From a virus (Duplodnaviria; Caudoviricetes), in IMG/VR virus record IMGVR_UViG_3300021964_010723: a stretch of DNA of 64,000 nt. The stretch is one strand, 5' to 3'. Below are positions 38,169 to 48,870 of the stretch, one piece after another. Both the position numbers and the translations under genes were made by a program. Position 1 is the first letter of the stretch, and each line of letters opens with the position of its first letter. The notes under the pieces were generated by a model that was not told where the DNA came from, did no database searches, and was given only the letters and a program-made list of their open reading frames with translations.

Positions 38169-38792
38169 TTATAAAAAATCTTTAAACGTTTTATAATCCA
38201 ATGCATACATATTCTTTAATATTGTCTTTTCTTCTTCTGTCACTTGTACATCTTTTATCGCAAAAGAATTTTTCCAAAAAGCAACAGGAATATCAGCACT
38301 TCCAGATATTTTTTCTATTAAAGGTATAAACTCTGTATTAATATTTTTCGTATTAATTATATGGGTATACAGATTTGCATCACTTCCATAAGAAAATACT
38401 AATGATTCTGTATGATTTTTAATGTCTCTGCTTTCTTGTCTAATTACATTTATATTGTTTAAAAAATACGAAAAATTAGGAATTTTACTTCGAGTATTAT
38501 CTTTATTCCTTTGACAAACTCTATCTTTATAACAACTAACAAACCTTTCTATTGGATCTCTTATAATTGCAACTCGCACAGGGTAAGATTTTATTACTTC
38601 TGATTGCATTTTGCTAATAGATGTAACCTGCCAGTTGTTTCTATGAAGTTGCTTTGTATCTTTTCTATATCTAAATTGGCCTAGAAAAGGGTATCCCATT
38701 ATTGTAATGCAGGTGCTAGATCCGCATTTGTTAGCTACACTTACTAAAATTTTATTATTATTTTCATAACTTATACAATATGTATCATTCAT
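38169..38792 (-). CDS. Sulfotransferase family protein
   Basis: NKCGSST (5'-PSB-like) and RDPIERFVSCY (3'-PB) motifs. Confidence 0.75.
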   Translation of the reverse strand: MNDTYCISYENNNKILVSVANKCGSSTCITIMGYPFLGQFRYRKDTKQLHRNNWQVTSISKMQSEVIKSYPVRVAIIRDPIERFVSCYKDRVCQRNKDNTRSKIPNFSYFLNNINVIRQESRDIKNHTESLVFSYGSDANLYTHIINTKNINTEFIPLIEKISGSADIPVAFWKNSFAIKDVQVTEEEKTILKNMYALDYKTFKDFL

Positions 38793-39348
38793 TCAATAAT
38801 TTTTCGCATAATAAATTCATGTGTACAATAATTGCAACAGCATACGATATTGCATGAGCTTTTTTAAAATAATATTTATTGTCCTCTGGTTTAGTCCATA
38901 CTTCTGATAGTATAGTATTCCAATCTTCATTTATTAGATATCTCTTTGCAGGTCTAATTATAGCAAGTAAAGCAGCCAGTTGTTCTATGTTTTTAGGTTT
39001 AAGTTTTATACAAATTTCTGAATGTCCTGATAAATGGAAAAGTAAATCAACAAATTCTTTGTGTTCTAACAATTCCCATAATGGCTCTTTTTCTATCAAA
39101 TGAATTAAATGTTCTTCGTCTTTTACATCTTTATAAATTGAAACATTAAGGAAATCTAACTTAAAGTAACCTCTTTCCTCTGCTTCTTTGTAGGGTATTG
39201 TTGATTGATTTGTAATTGGGTTGAAAGGAATTTTTGTTATATATATTCCTGTATTATGTTTTTTTGTACCATCTAAACTAGCATTAGTATAATCTATTAA
39301 TTCTAATGCATCATTTCTATTTGCAAAATCAATATCAATATCAGGCAT
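38785..39348 (-). CDS. Miniature DnaE-like protein (187 aa)
   Basis: PDIDIDF, HNTGIY, FKLDFL, LAALLAIIRP, FKKAHAISYA. Confidence 0.75.
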   Translation of the reverse strand: MPDIDIDFANRNDALELIDYTNASLDGTKKHNTGIYITKIPFNPITNQSTIPYKEAEERGYFKLDFLNVSIYKDVKDEEHLIHLIEKEPLWELLEHKEFVDLLFHLSGHSEICIKLKPKNIEQLAALLAIIRPAKRYLINEDWNTILSEVWTKPEDNKYYFKKAHAISYAVAIIVHMNLLCEKLLNE

Positions 39349-39351
39349 AAT

Positions 39352-39876
39352 TTACTCGCAGCATTCACAAAAACCGTTACCATGTAAATTTTTATTAATT
39401 TTATAAGCTTTTTTCTTTGCCATTTTCCATTTCAGCGGAGAAACTCTATCATTAAAAGTAATGCCTTGCAAATGATCCCATTCATGTAAAAAGACCTTAA
39501 CACTATAATCTTTTAAATGATTTCTCTTTAATTCTAAATTTTCATCATAATATTCAACTAAAATTTCTTTTGGTCGTTTAACTTGTACAAAAACATTTGG
39601 AAAACTTAAACATCCTTCTATGTCTATAACAGATTCTTCTGTGTGTTGTAGAACAGTTGGGTTAATAAGTAGTGAGCTATTGTCTTTGGTATCTCCCATT
39701 ACAAATAATTGTGCATCTATTCCAACTTGATTTGCAGACAACCCGATGCCATTATTAGTTAACATAAATTCTACCATTTCATTTTTTAATTCAACTGGAT
39801 CAAAATCTACGTTATCAATGTCTACATCTGCAACTTTTTTTGTAAGGAATTCGTCTGGATAATATACAAGTTTCAT
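39352..39876 (-). CDS. def: Peptide deformylase
   Basis: GIGLSANQVG, EGCLSFP, HEWDHLQG. Confidence 0.95.
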   Translation of the reverse strand: MKLVYYPDEFLTKKVADVDIDNVDFDPVELKNEMVEFMLTNNGIGLSANQVGIDAQLFVMGDTKDNSSLLINPTVLQHTEESVIDIEGCLSFPNVFVQVKRPKEILVEYYDENLELKRNHLKDYSVKVFLHEWDHLQGITFNDRVSPLKWKMAKKKAYKINKNLHGNGFCECCE

Positions 39877-40568
39877 AGTTTACTTTCTTTAATAATTTGT
39901 TTTGCTAATTCTAAATCTTTTGTTTGTCTTTTAAATTTCAATGCCCAGTGTTCAGGATCAACAATATGATATATCATTTTTAATTGCTCTTCATTAAATT
40001 TATCAAGCATTTGTTTACCGCTGGTGCTATTTAAAACAATCCAAGGAGAAATTTTTCCATCTTTAATATGATATACAGCTCTGTTTGTACTAACTAAATT
40101 AAAATAATGATTCCATACTGCTGGCGGATTTTCTTCGGCCCACTTTGTCATTGTAAGTACACTTCGCTCTAGTGCTGTAGTTACATCTTCTTTTTTAATA
40201 AGTTCTATTGCGTAACGTTCATATAATTCTTCTTTACACCATTGTTCTAACTTTACACCACTTGTAACAACATAGTCAACATACTTTTCTGGATATAGTG
40301 GTTTAACATTATTAAGGAAGCTACCAAATTTTACAAAGCTGTTGTAGTAAGGACTCTTGCAAAACTCTTCATATGTCTTGTCTTTCTTAGAGCCCATACT
40401 ACGTTTGTAAAATTGATTAAATGCATAGAAACCTAACTGTACACGTTTCTCATCTTTCTGCAGTGCTCTTCTTTTCTTTTCACATAAATGTGCAAAAAGA
40501 GTTTTCTCTCGTGTGTATGATGTGTTACAATATTCGCATGTATACTTAGATTTTGATATCAACTGCAT
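39873..40568 (-). CDS. Hypothetical protein with N-terminal C2H2-like zinc finger
   Basis: YTCEYC...FAHLC. Confidence 0.65.
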   Translation of the reverse strand: MQLISKSKYTCEYCNTSYTREKTLFAHLCEKKRRALQKDEKRVQLGFYAFNQFYKRSMGSKKDKTYEEFCKSPYYNSFVKFGSFLNNVKPLYPEKYVDYVVTSGVKLEQWCKEELYERYAIELIKKEDVTTALERSVLTMTKWAEENPPAVWNHYFNLVSTNRAVYHIKDGKISPWIVLNSTSGKQMLDKFNEEQLKMIYHIVDPEHWALKFKRQTKDLELAKQIIKESKL

Positions 40569-40998
40569 GATCCTCTATTAACTGTTTAATTTCTTTTTCA
40601 GTTGACATTTTAGCTAGCAGCTCGATTTCATCTGCTTTTCGTTCAGGGTAAATTTTTGTAAGAATTTTTTCAAACTTTCCAGTTACATTTGTAACGTTTG
40701 ATTTAAGTCCTTGCCATTTATGGAATTCTATCTTACCTGTATTTCCGCATAAGCATAATAATTGCCATTGTAGTTCTTGATGCGAACTAACAACCATATA
40801 ATTTTTGTTATAGTATTCATTTGTTTTTAAAACAGCAAGCTCTTGTTTTTCTCTTTTCCCAGCAACACTTGAAGCATATCTATTCATTAGCCAAAAAGAG
40901 ATACTTTTTCTTTGATCAGCATCTAACTCTTTCCAAACAGATCTTGCGCCCATATCAATTGCAGCAAGAATATCTTTGACAGGCAATTTATTAGACAT
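40546..40998 (-). CDS. Possible clamp-loader small subunit (gp62-like)
   Basis: FWLMNRYAS...N.Y......QWQLL pattern; replication context. Confidence 0.45.
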   Translation of the reverse strand: MSNKLPVKDILAAIDMGARSVWKELDADQRKSISFWLMNRYASSVAGKREKQELAVLKTNEYYNKNYMVVSSHQELQWQLLCLCGNTGKIEFHKWQGLKSNVTNVTGKFEKILTKIYPERKADEIELLAKMSTEKEIKQLIEDHAVDIKI

Positions 40999-41009
40999 AG
41001 TATATTATA

Positions 41010-41516
41010 TTATATAAGTTTACAAAAATCAATTATTTCCATTTGCCTATTAATTTCTTTTGTAAAAAAAGCGCATAATGGATTTTCTTCATTTGTCAAC
41101 GGTATTGAGATTAATTGTCCAGTTTTTACTTTAGGAAAAAACCATTTTACTTCATTGAAAAAATTAGTTACTTTAATTTGTCCATAGTCTGCTTTATAAC
41201 TTTTTCTAGGATTAAATAAAAAAGCTTCGAATCCTCTATCATTTAAACTTGTTAACGGAAGTACTTCTAAATCTTTACCTGTTCTGCTGTCTCCTACAGC
41301 AATATACCAATCAATTGGCATCATTAATTCATGACCACCGATTTCAAGTAAAACTGCAGGCGAACTAAACGCCTCTAAAAAAACCAAAGGTATAAAAAAG
41401 AAATCAGGATCATTTGGATTAGTATTATCCATTACACTAAATCTAAAATCTTCTTCAATTTCGTCTGGTAAATTATTTAAATCAAATGTTGTATTTTCAA
41501 GTGTAAGTATTCTCAT
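41010..41516 (-). CDS. Hypothetical protein
   Basis: 168-aa ORF coupled to UvsW. Confidence 0.65.
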   Translation of the reverse strand: MRILTLENTTFDLNNLPDEIEEDFRFSVMDNTNPNDPDFFFIPLVFLEAFSSPAVLLEIGGHELMMPIDWYIAVGDSRTGKDLEVLPLTSLNDRGFEAFLFNPRKSYKADYGQIKVTNFFNEVKWFFPKVKTGQLISIPLTNEENPLCAFFTKEINRQMEIIDFCKLI

Positions 41517-42976
41517 TGCCAGTCAACCTTTTCTATTGTAAATGGATATTGAGCATCTCGATAAAATTTCTTACGCTCTGTTAAATGTCTTTTTGCAAAT
41601 TTGCAAGTACTTGTAAAATCCCAGATTTGTACAAAATCTTTGTCCTTAGCTTTACGGACACCGCGGCCTATAGACTGTATTACCCGAACAAAACTTTTGC
41701 CAGGCTCAATTAAAACAAGATTAAAAATACGAGGAATATTGATCCCCACAGCAGCAACCCCGTAAGTTGCAACGATAACCATATTGTCTGCATCTTGAAT
41801 TTCGTCATAGGCTGATTTTCTGTCCTTTAATTTTACATCACCTTTAATAAAAATTGAGTTCTCTATACGTTCATGCAACAATTCTCCTGCTGAAATACGA
41901 TCAATTAATATAAGTGTGTTACCGGATTCCCTAATCTTATTTAACATTTTAGCAATGTAGTTTACACGATTTTCTTCGGTTACAAGATATTTTAATTCGC
42001 TTTGATAGTCTCTATGTGCAACTGTATCAATAAGCTGTACAATGTTTACATGACAGTTAGACAGTACACCCTTGTCCTGTAATTCTTTCGCAGTAATTTG
42101 CCCAATAACAGGTCCTATGCTCGCATGCAGTGCTTCGAATTCAAAACGTTCTTTGGGTACTGTACCTGTTAGTCCCCAGCGTATCGGAGCATTACGTAGG
42201 TTACGTGTAAGCAAGTTCTTCAAGACCTCGGCCTTTGCCTGATGCACTTCGTCAATTATTATTGTGCTTACACCGTCTAAGAACTCTGCAAGTGTTAGTA
42301 CTGCTGTACCATCCTTGCTTTTCTTATCTAGTATGTTGAGACTTTGCCAAGTGCATATGGTATGCGTTTTGGATAGGTCTTTCCTATCGCCAAAGTATAC
42401 GCCGCAGTCCAGCCCGCAATTTCGGTAATCTTCTTCAGTTTGTTGCACAAGAGATTTGTTTGGTACAACGACAAGTGTTCGTCCATATTTTTCCGCTATG
42501 TGTGAGAGTGTTGCAGTGGTAATAGTTTTACCAGCGCCTGTTGCAATCTCCTGTAGAGACTGCGGATTTTCTAAAAAGTTATTTATAGCTTCTACTTGAT
42601 AATCTCTTAATACAACATCTTCTCCTGCTGCAGGATGTCCTGCAGGCCATTTCACTCCTTGCTGTTTCCAATAGTCTTCTGTTATAGGTTGTAAGTCTAG
42701 TGTTACAGGATGCCTACGATCTTCTATGTCAGCAATTTCTACGCTATTGTTTTGCAGTATCTCTACGATTGTGTCAAGATGATTGACATATCCTGTACCA
42801 CCTATACCAAAGAATGCTACCTTGCCGTCCCATCTGCCAAGTTTATATTGCGGCATGTAACGGGCATATGGCACTTCAAATTTAAGTGCATTAGAAAGTT
42901 TCCTGCGTATTTCAACAGGAAGTCCTTCTAATTTTATATTAACCTCGTCTTCTATAATAAGTTTACAAGTTGTCAT
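41513..42976 (-). CDS. uvsW: UvsW-like SF2 DNA helicase
   Basis: LRDYQ, ATGAGKT, IIDEVH, GLTGT, GINIP, QSIGRGVR. Confidence 0.92.
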   Translation of the reverse strand: MTTCKLIIEDEVNIKLEGLPVEIRRKLSNALKFEVPYARYMPQYKLGRWDGKVAFFGIGGTGYVNHLDTIVEILQNNSVEIADIEDRRHPVTLDLQPITEDYWKQQGVKWPAGHPAAGEDVVLRDYQVEAINNFLENPQSLQEIATGAGKTITTATLSHIAEKYGRTLVVVPNKSLVQQTEEDYRNCGLDCGVYFGDRKDLSKTHTICTWQSLNILDKKSKDGTAVLTLAEFLDGVSTIIIDEVHQAKAEVLKNLLTRNLRNAPIRWGLTGTVPKERFEFEALHASIGPVIGQITAKELQDKGVLSNCHVNIVQLIDTVAHRDYQSELKYLVTEENRVNYIAKMLNKIRESGNTLILIDRISAGELLHERIENSIFIKGDVKLKDRKSAYDEIQDADNMVIVATYGVAAVGINIPRIFNLVLIEPGKSFVRVIQSIGRGVRKAKDKDFVQIWDFTSTCKFAKRHLTERKKFYRDAQYPFTIEKVDWQ

Positions 42977-44193
42977 AGTATATCGATATGTTGATTATTC
43001 CACGTTGGTTGTATAGTATCATAAAGGATAACTATTTCTGCTCTATTATAAAATAATGAATAATTTTTAGATTGTCTAAAACTATCTAATATTATAGATG
43101 TATTTTGTAACCACTTATTCCTTAAAATTGGTTTTGACAATTTCTCATTGTTTAAAAAAACAACTTTTGTTTCATCTATCAAAGAGTTATTTAATTGTAA
43201 ATTTTTAATAGTATTATTAAAAAGTGTATTTTCTTTTTTGCTATTATCCAATCTAAATAATACAGTCATTAGTTCTGGTCTAATAAACTTTATTAACTCA
43301 TTATAAAAATTTTGTAAACCTTCTAGTTCATAATTTCTTTTTAAAATAATTAACAACGGAAATCTTTTTAAATTGTACAATGATTGTACAATGTCATGAT
43401 ATGAAAATTTATCTTTTGCTGCATATAATGTTTTCATAGTAGAATGTGCAATTTTTTGAGATAATAATCCTAAGTCATTTAAAGATGAATTTAAATCTTT
43501 TTCGTCAAAAAAAGATAAACCTAAAACAGATCTTCTATCATAATATAATGCTAAATTTTTACTACTAGGATTTCCTAATTTTTCTGTAGCATAAGCATAA
43601 CAATTTGGTCTAACATTTTTTAATTTGAAACTGTAAACACCTGGTTGAAAATCTTTAAAATTTTTTTGAATATTCTTAATTTCTAAATAAAAGTTTTTTA
43701 GATTATCGTCTATTTCAAAATTAGATTGTTGAATAAAATCTAAAAGTTTTAATACATTTTCTTCTGTAAAATCTACAAAGTGTGTTTTACTAATTTTGTC
43801 ATATTCGTGTATCTTTTGTAAAGTTTTAATAAAAGTTATTAACTTTATCATTTTATTAGAATAAGGAAATCGTATAGCAAGTTTCATTTGCCTAGTTACA
43901 CCAAATAAATCAAAATATTCTTTACTTATAATTTTTACAGATTTTTCTCGATTTATCTCTCTGTACGGTTGTTTTAATTTATCAAGATCATTTAGTAAAT
44001 CTTTGTAATTATGTTTGTCAAATTGATCTTTGTATTCTATCAATTTTTCTTTTGAAAGAAGATGTTGTCGATCAGTAAAAGCAACACCTTTTTTTATTTG
44101 AGCGCTTAAACTTTTTAAAAGTTTTAAATCTGTTTGTAGAATAGAAAAATCTTTATTATCAACTAATAAACAAATATAATCTTCAACAGTCAT
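42973..44193 (-). CDS. Hypothetical protein
   Basis: 406-aa very AT-rich ORF coupled to UvsW. Confidence 0.6.
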   Translation of the reverse strand: MTVEDYICLLVDNKDFSILQTDLKLLKSLSAQIKKGVAFTDRQHLLSKEKLIEYKDQFDKHNYKDLLNDLDKLKQPYREINREKSVKIISKEYFDLFGVTRQMKLAIRFPYSNKMIKLITFIKTLQKIHEYDKISKTHFVDFTEENVLKLLDFIQQSNFEIDDNLKNFYLEIKNIQKNFKDFQPGVYSFKLKNVRPNCYAYATEKLGNPSSKNLALYYDRRSVLGLSFFDEKDLNSSLNDLGLLSQKIAHSTMKTLYAAKDKFSYHDIVQSLYNLKRFPLLIILKRNYELEGLQNFYNELIKFIRPELMTVLFRLDNSKKENTLFNNTIKNLQLNNSLIDETKVVFLNNEKLSKPILRNKWLQNTSIILDSFRQSKNYSLFYNRAEIVILYDTIQPTWNNQHIDIL

Positions 44194-44230
44194 TATTGTA
44201 TCCTTTAAAAACTAGTAATATTATAGCAAA

Positions 44231-45073
44231 TTATAAAGATGAAATCAATCTTTTTAACGGACAACCACTAGAAATTTCGTCTATAGACCATTCAGTATAG
44301 GCCATATCATTCATCCATTGTGTCCTATCGAAAATTTTTGGTTGGCAAATTTCGGACAAATCATGATTGCTTACATCGTATGCAAGGCTCGATGGTCCTA
44401 CAAAAGTAGGTATCCCTTCAATAGCAGCAAGGACGCCTGGATTACTAGACCAATTAATTACTGCATATAAATTTTGAAAATTAAGATTATAATTATCGTA
44501 TGTATTTTGTATTTTTTGAGGATTCTGTATAATTATATTTTTATATTGAGATATATCTATCTTTATTGGAGATCTAGGATGAGGTCTAAAAATGATTTTT
44601 TTATCGGTAAATTTTCTTATTTCATTTATAGTTGTATTGTAATAATTTTCTGAAAAGTTTTCATCACTCCATTGTCCGCTTTTCTTATGTTGGCCAGCAA
44701 TAAGAATATTTCCGTTTGGATCATGATTGTTTTGTAAATAGAGTTTTAGCTTATCAGCTCGCTGATGATCATTCCCAGTTGGACCAAAGAATGCATCTTT
44801 GTTGATGCCATTGATACCCATCTTCCAATAAACACCTCTATTAAAACATCCTACTTCTAAAACTATTATTGGTTTGTTTTCTTTCCTATTTCTATTCCAG
44901 ATAAGCTTATTTCTTGCCATCCTGCCGTGCCAAAGAATACTCCATATTACTTCTATGTCTGCTTCTTTGTTTACAATTACATTGTGGCCTAATTTACTAG
45001 CTCCTTTAGCAAACGCTTCAAAAACGGATTTAGAATTTAATGCTCCATATGCGGTCCAAAGTCCAAATTTCAT
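44231..45073 (-). CDS. Capsule-polysaccharide-modification / GT-B-like protein
   Basis: FRPHP, AVINWSSNPGVLAAIEGIPTFV; paralog of 47273-48199. Confidence 0.6.
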   Translation of the reverse strand: MKFGLWTAYGALNSKSVFEAFAKGASKLGHNVIVNKEADIEVIWSILWHGRMARNKLIWNRNRKENKPIIVLEVGCFNRGVYWKMGINGINKDAFFGPTGNDHQRADKLKLYLQNNHDPNGNILIAGQHKKSGQWSDENFSENYYNTTINEIRKFTDKKIIFRPHPRSPIKIDISQYKNIIIQNPQKIQNTYDNYNLNFQNLYAVINWSSNPGVLAAIEGIPTFVGPSSLAYDVSNHDLSEICQPKIFDRTQWMNDMAYTEWSIDEISSGCPLKRLISSL

Positions 45074-45111
45074 TGTTAAATACCTTTATACTATTTAAGA
45101 AAGATTTACCT

Positions 45112-45951
45112 ATGAAAAATATTTTAGCTGTTACAACTTTTAACAAAGAAGGTTTAGATTTGTATGGGCAAAGGTTTATAAACTCTTTTGCCCAGAATGT
45201 AGACAAAGAAATTAAATTAATCTGTTATGCAGAAAAATGCCAACCGGAAAATCCTAGCCCAAAAAATATTTTAATTCTAGATCAGGAAGAAGCATTACCT
45301 AACCTTGTAAGATTTAAAAAGACATGGCAGGATGTTCCAATGGCAACTGGCACCTGTCCGTGGCCTCAGCGGCGTCCGAGAGATCATCACAAAACTTTTA
45401 AATGGGATGCAATAAGATTTTCCAATAAAGTCTATGCAGTGTTTGATGCATGTGAAAGAGCAGAAGAATGGTGTGTATGGATTGACGCTGATACTTATGT
45501 TCATAGTCTGTGGTCATATGAAGAATTTAGTTCTATACTACCAGATAATGTTTGGTTAACATATGTAGGTAGGGGAAAAGCATCTGCAACATGGCCTGAG
45601 TGTGGATTTTACGGATTAAAGGTATCGGATGCAAAATGTAGACAATTTGTTGCAAATTTTAGATACATGTATGAGAATGCTAACATAGGAATTTTTAAAT
45701 TAGAAGAATGGCATGATAGTTATGTATTTGGCCATGTATTAGATAAGTTTAAACAAATGTATCCAGACATGCACGATTATACTAAAGACATGGTGTTAAA
45801 GCAGGCAAGTACAGGAGGAGGAGGTCACCCTCTAATCAATACTGTTCTTGGAAAATGGATTGATCATTTAAAAGGTGATAGAAAAAGATTACAAAAAAGT
45901 AAGCGATCGGATTTAATTACTAAAAGGCCAGAAAAATATTGGAAACGATAG
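45112..45951 (+). CDS. GT-A glycosyltransferase (true start MKNIL)
   Basis: AVTTF..., WIDAD (DxD), ECGF, EWHDSYVF. Confidence 0.7.
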   Translation: MKNILAVTTFNKEGLDLYGQRFINSFAQNVDKEIKLICYAEKCQPENPSPKNILILDQEEALPNLVRFKKTWQDVPMATGTCPWPQRRPRDHHKTFKWDAIRFSNKVYAVFDACERAEEWCVWIDADTYVHSLWSYEEFSSILPDNVWLTYVGRGKASATWPECGFYGLKVSDAKCRQFVANFRYMYENANIGIFKLEEWHDSYVFGHVLDKFKQMYPDMHDYTKDMVLKQASTGGGGHPLINTVLGKWIDHLKGDRKRLQKSKRSDLITKRPEKYWKR

Positions 45952-46607
45952 ACACATATATAATACATTTACCAAATGTTAAGGAGTCTGTTAGAACAGC
46001 TACAAATCTACAAAAGCAATTGACAGATTTAAATATGCCTTCTACATTATTTAACGGAATCTATGGCCCAGATGGAGTTGCACTTTTACAAAAAGAAAAT
46101 AGGCAGGTTCATCCAATAGGATTTAAAGGAACTAGAGTAGATAATAAATCTAAAGAAAAAATGAAAAGTCCTGGCCTAATAGGTTGCTTTTATAGCCATT
46201 TTTTCTTATGGAAAAAATGTGCTGAATTAGATAAACCTATTATAATAATGGAAGATGACAATGTGCTGACACGGCCTTTTATACCAGTAGAATGGCAAGA
46301 TGTTTTAATACTAGTATTGGGACATCCAGCAAAAAGTAGATATTTCCAACATTTACTTAAAAATCCTACTGGAAATCCTCGAGCCATATATTATAATAGA
46401 TCATCAATGCCAGGTGCTTGTGGTTATGCTTTAAAGCCTTGTGGAGCTAAAAAACTTGTAGAAACTTATAAGAATACATATTTGCCAGCAGATAATTGTA
46501 TTAATAAATTAATAGTAAGTATCCAAATCCATAATTACATAATGGGAAGAGCATTGGTTGCTGAAGACGGAAAGGTAAGTTTAACTAGGATTGGTTATTG
46601 GCGGTAA
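45939..46607 (+). CDS. GT25-family glycosyltransferase
   Basis: YIIHL, GCFYSHFFLWKKC...IIMEDD, GYALKP.GAKKL. Confidence 0.8.
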   Translation: METIDTYIIHLPNVKESVRTATNLQKQLTDLNMPSTLFNGIYGPDGVALLQKENRQVHPIGFKGTRVDNKSKEKMKSPGLIGCFYSHFFLWKKCAELDKPIIIMEDDNVLTRPFIPVEWQDVLILVLGHPAKSRYFQHLLKNPTGNPRAIYYNRSSMPGACGYALKPCGAKKLVETYKNTYLPADNCINKLIVSIQIHNYIMGRALVAEDGKVSLTRIGYWR

Positions 46608-47294
46608 ATTTTTTTTCCTGTCTCCCCAATAATGTACTAAGAACGGTTCTAGTTCAGTATCATAAAATCCACAAGTTTTATCATCTTTAATTCTTACCCT
46701 GTTTAGCCAAAGATTGCGCCATGGTATATTTTTACTGTAATCTTGTAAAATATATGCATCCCAGGGGTGAGGTAATGTAAAAATTTTATCGTTAAAATAA
46801 TAGTTTATATAATCTGAAATAAATTTAAGAAAAAGATCATGCTTTGTGTTAACTGCTAACCAACCAGAATCAGGTAAATCCCTAGTTTTCAAAATACTCG
46901 AATACAATTGATTTTGGTTAGGTAAAAAGTTTTTTACATCAAATTTTTCTTTAATATAAACATCTGCATCGAGCCAAATTAAAAACTCATATTTTTTACT
47001 TAAAGTTTTCAGCCCATAATAAACTGTAAGTGCTTTTTTAAAAAATTTAAAATATTTATGGCCTTTAGTATTGATAATTTTTTGCATTACGGCTCGATCA
47101 ATCTCCTTGTACGCTGCATCTAAATCAATAGTTAAATAATCTAACTTTAAAGGAAAATTTGGTTCTGTAAAAATTATTTTATCTTCGTCAAGTAAATCCC
47201 ATCTTTTTAAAGAATGCTTACCGACTCTATTATAATATTGAAAACTCAAACCAGTAAACCAACAAATATTATTCATTTTATACTTTCCAAACAT
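46581..47294 (-). CDS. GT-A glycosyltransferase
   Basis: IWLDAD, DSGW, WDAYI, HYWG. Confidence 0.65.
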   Translation of the reverse strand: MFGKYKMNNICWFTGLSFQYYNRVGKHSLKRWDLLDEDKIIFTEPNFPLKLDYLTIDLDAAYKEIDRAVMQKIINTKGHKYFKFFKKALTVYYGLKTLSKKYEFLIWLDADVYIKEKFDVKNFLPNQNQLYSSILKTRDLPDSGWLAVNTKHDLFLKFISDYINYYFNDKIFTLPHPWDAYILQDYSKNIPWRNLWLNRVRIKDDKTCGFYDTELEPFLVHYWGDRKKNLPPITNPS

Positions 47295-48199
47295 GTTTTA
47301 AAATGTTGCCAAGCTTCTCCTGATGCAGTTTCATCTAGATTCCAATGAGACATCGCAATTTTTTCTACCCAATTTTCTCTATTTTTTAGCAATGGATTTT
47401 CTATATCTTGTAATGAATAATTGCCTATATCATACGCTTGGCTGTCTTTTGGATTAGGATCTGTGATAAAGCAAGGTAAACCTTCTATTGCTGCTGCAAC
47501 GCCAGGACTACTGTTGTAAGTAACTACAGCCCATGCATCTAAAAAATCTTCACATATGCTTTGTTTTTTACTAATAGTTACATTCGGGAATCGTATTTTA
47601 TCAGTATATAAACGAGATTTTTTGTCACCTGGATGTGTTCTAACAACAATTGGTCTGTCTGAAAGTTTTTGTAATTGATTTAAAATATCAACAAGCCAAC
47701 TGAATACAGGCAACCCTTTCATAGACCATCCTCCATTCCTTTGAGTACACACTAAAATATGTGATCCTGTTTTCCTATATGGCTTTAATGTTAAATTAAG
47801 ATTTTTACTAATTTTGCTCCATCTATCAGGCTTAACAATAGAATCGAAATAATAACCTTGTGTAGGAAAAATATTATCTAAACTAAATCGTGTGTATTGC
47901 ATTTTATGCAGCAAACCTACTTTATAATTAAACAAATTACTATCTATTATTAGAGTATGCTTGTTGTGTGTATTAGCAATAACTTGTCTACGAAGATTTA
48001 AATGCGGAACTTGTTTACTATCTGCATGAACCCAACCTTGGATTAAACCTATATCGCTATAAATAAGAGATTTATGTTGGTGCAATATCCCTATGTCTCC
48101 AGTTTTATTGACTCCTTCGATTATAGAGCTGATTAATTTGGTTTTATGTAAGTTTTTATGTGGTGAAGGTATTCCTCCTAAATAACCTACAACTTTCAT
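47273..48199 (-). CDS. Capsule-polysaccharide-modification / GT-B-like protein
   Basis: VRTHP, AVVTYNSSPGVAAAIEGLPCF. Confidence 0.6.
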   Translation of the reverse strand: MKVVGYLGGIPSPHKNLHKTKLISSIIEGVNKTGDIGILHQHKSLIYSDIGLIQGWVHADSKQVPHLNLRRQVIANTHNKHTLIIDSNLFNYKVGLLHKMQYTRFSLDNIFPTQGYYFDSIVKPDRWSKISKNLNLTLKPYRKTGSHILVCTQRNGGWSMKGLPVFSWLVDILNQLQKLSDRPIVVRTHPGDKKSRLYTDKIRFPNVTISKKQSICEDFLDAWAVVTYNSSPGVAAAIEGLPCFITDPNPKDSQAYDIGNYSLQDIENPLLKNRENWVEKIAMSHWNLDETASGEAWQHFKTCLESIK

Positions 48200-48870
48200 A
48201 ATTTATTATCTTTAAATATTCTTTTATTTTCTTTGTTTATATGATGTATAAAAAAATCTTTAAATCTAGAGTTTGCAAAGGCATCTTTATTATCACAATA
48301 TTTCTCAACTAAGTTTGTAAATCGTCTTTCAGTTGCTACTGCTCCTAGCACATAAGCATCATACGGTTTATTAACCTTGTCAAGAGATTCATACCAAAAT
48401 TTTTCGTATTTTTTTATAACAACATTTAACTTTTCATGTTCTTGGTTAAAAATTACAAGGCCAGTTTCAAAACAATCTTTTTGCACATAATTACTACGCA
48501 TCAATGCTAATTCATGTTTGAAACTCGTATTAAAATAATCAGCAGGAATAGGCTTAATTTGTTCAACATCAGCATCTAACCATATAACCCTTGTGTCTTC
48601 AGAACGATTTTTAACTGCATGTATCTGAGCGCATGCTTTCCCCCAAAACTTTCTTACCTTTGTTGTTAGATCTAATTCATCATATGCATGCAAACAAGGA
48701 ACGTGTAGTAATCTTTTATTAAATTTAATATCTGTCAACCAATCTACTTCGCCTTCAGGGTAATCAATATAGATTAAAAGATCTCCAGGTAGCCTCCAAT
48801 TAGGTATTAGATGTTGTGCGGTGTTATACCAATAGTCTTTAGAAACACTAGTTATAAATTGTAATTTCAT
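48196..48870 (-). CDS. GT-A glycosyltransferase
   Basis: IWLDAD, ETGLVIF, YDAYV. Confidence 0.65.
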   Translation of the reverse strand: MKLQFITSVSKDYWYNTAQHLIPNWRLPGDLLIYIDYPEGEVDWLTDIKFNKRLLHVPCLHAYDELDLTTKVRKFWGKACAQIHAVKNRSEDTRVIWLDADVEQIKPIPADYFNTSFKHELALMRSNYVQKDCFETGLVIFNQEHEKLNVVIKKYEKFWYESLDKVNKPYDAYVLGAVATERRFTNLVEKYCDNKDAFANSRFKDFFIHHINKENKRIFKDNKL

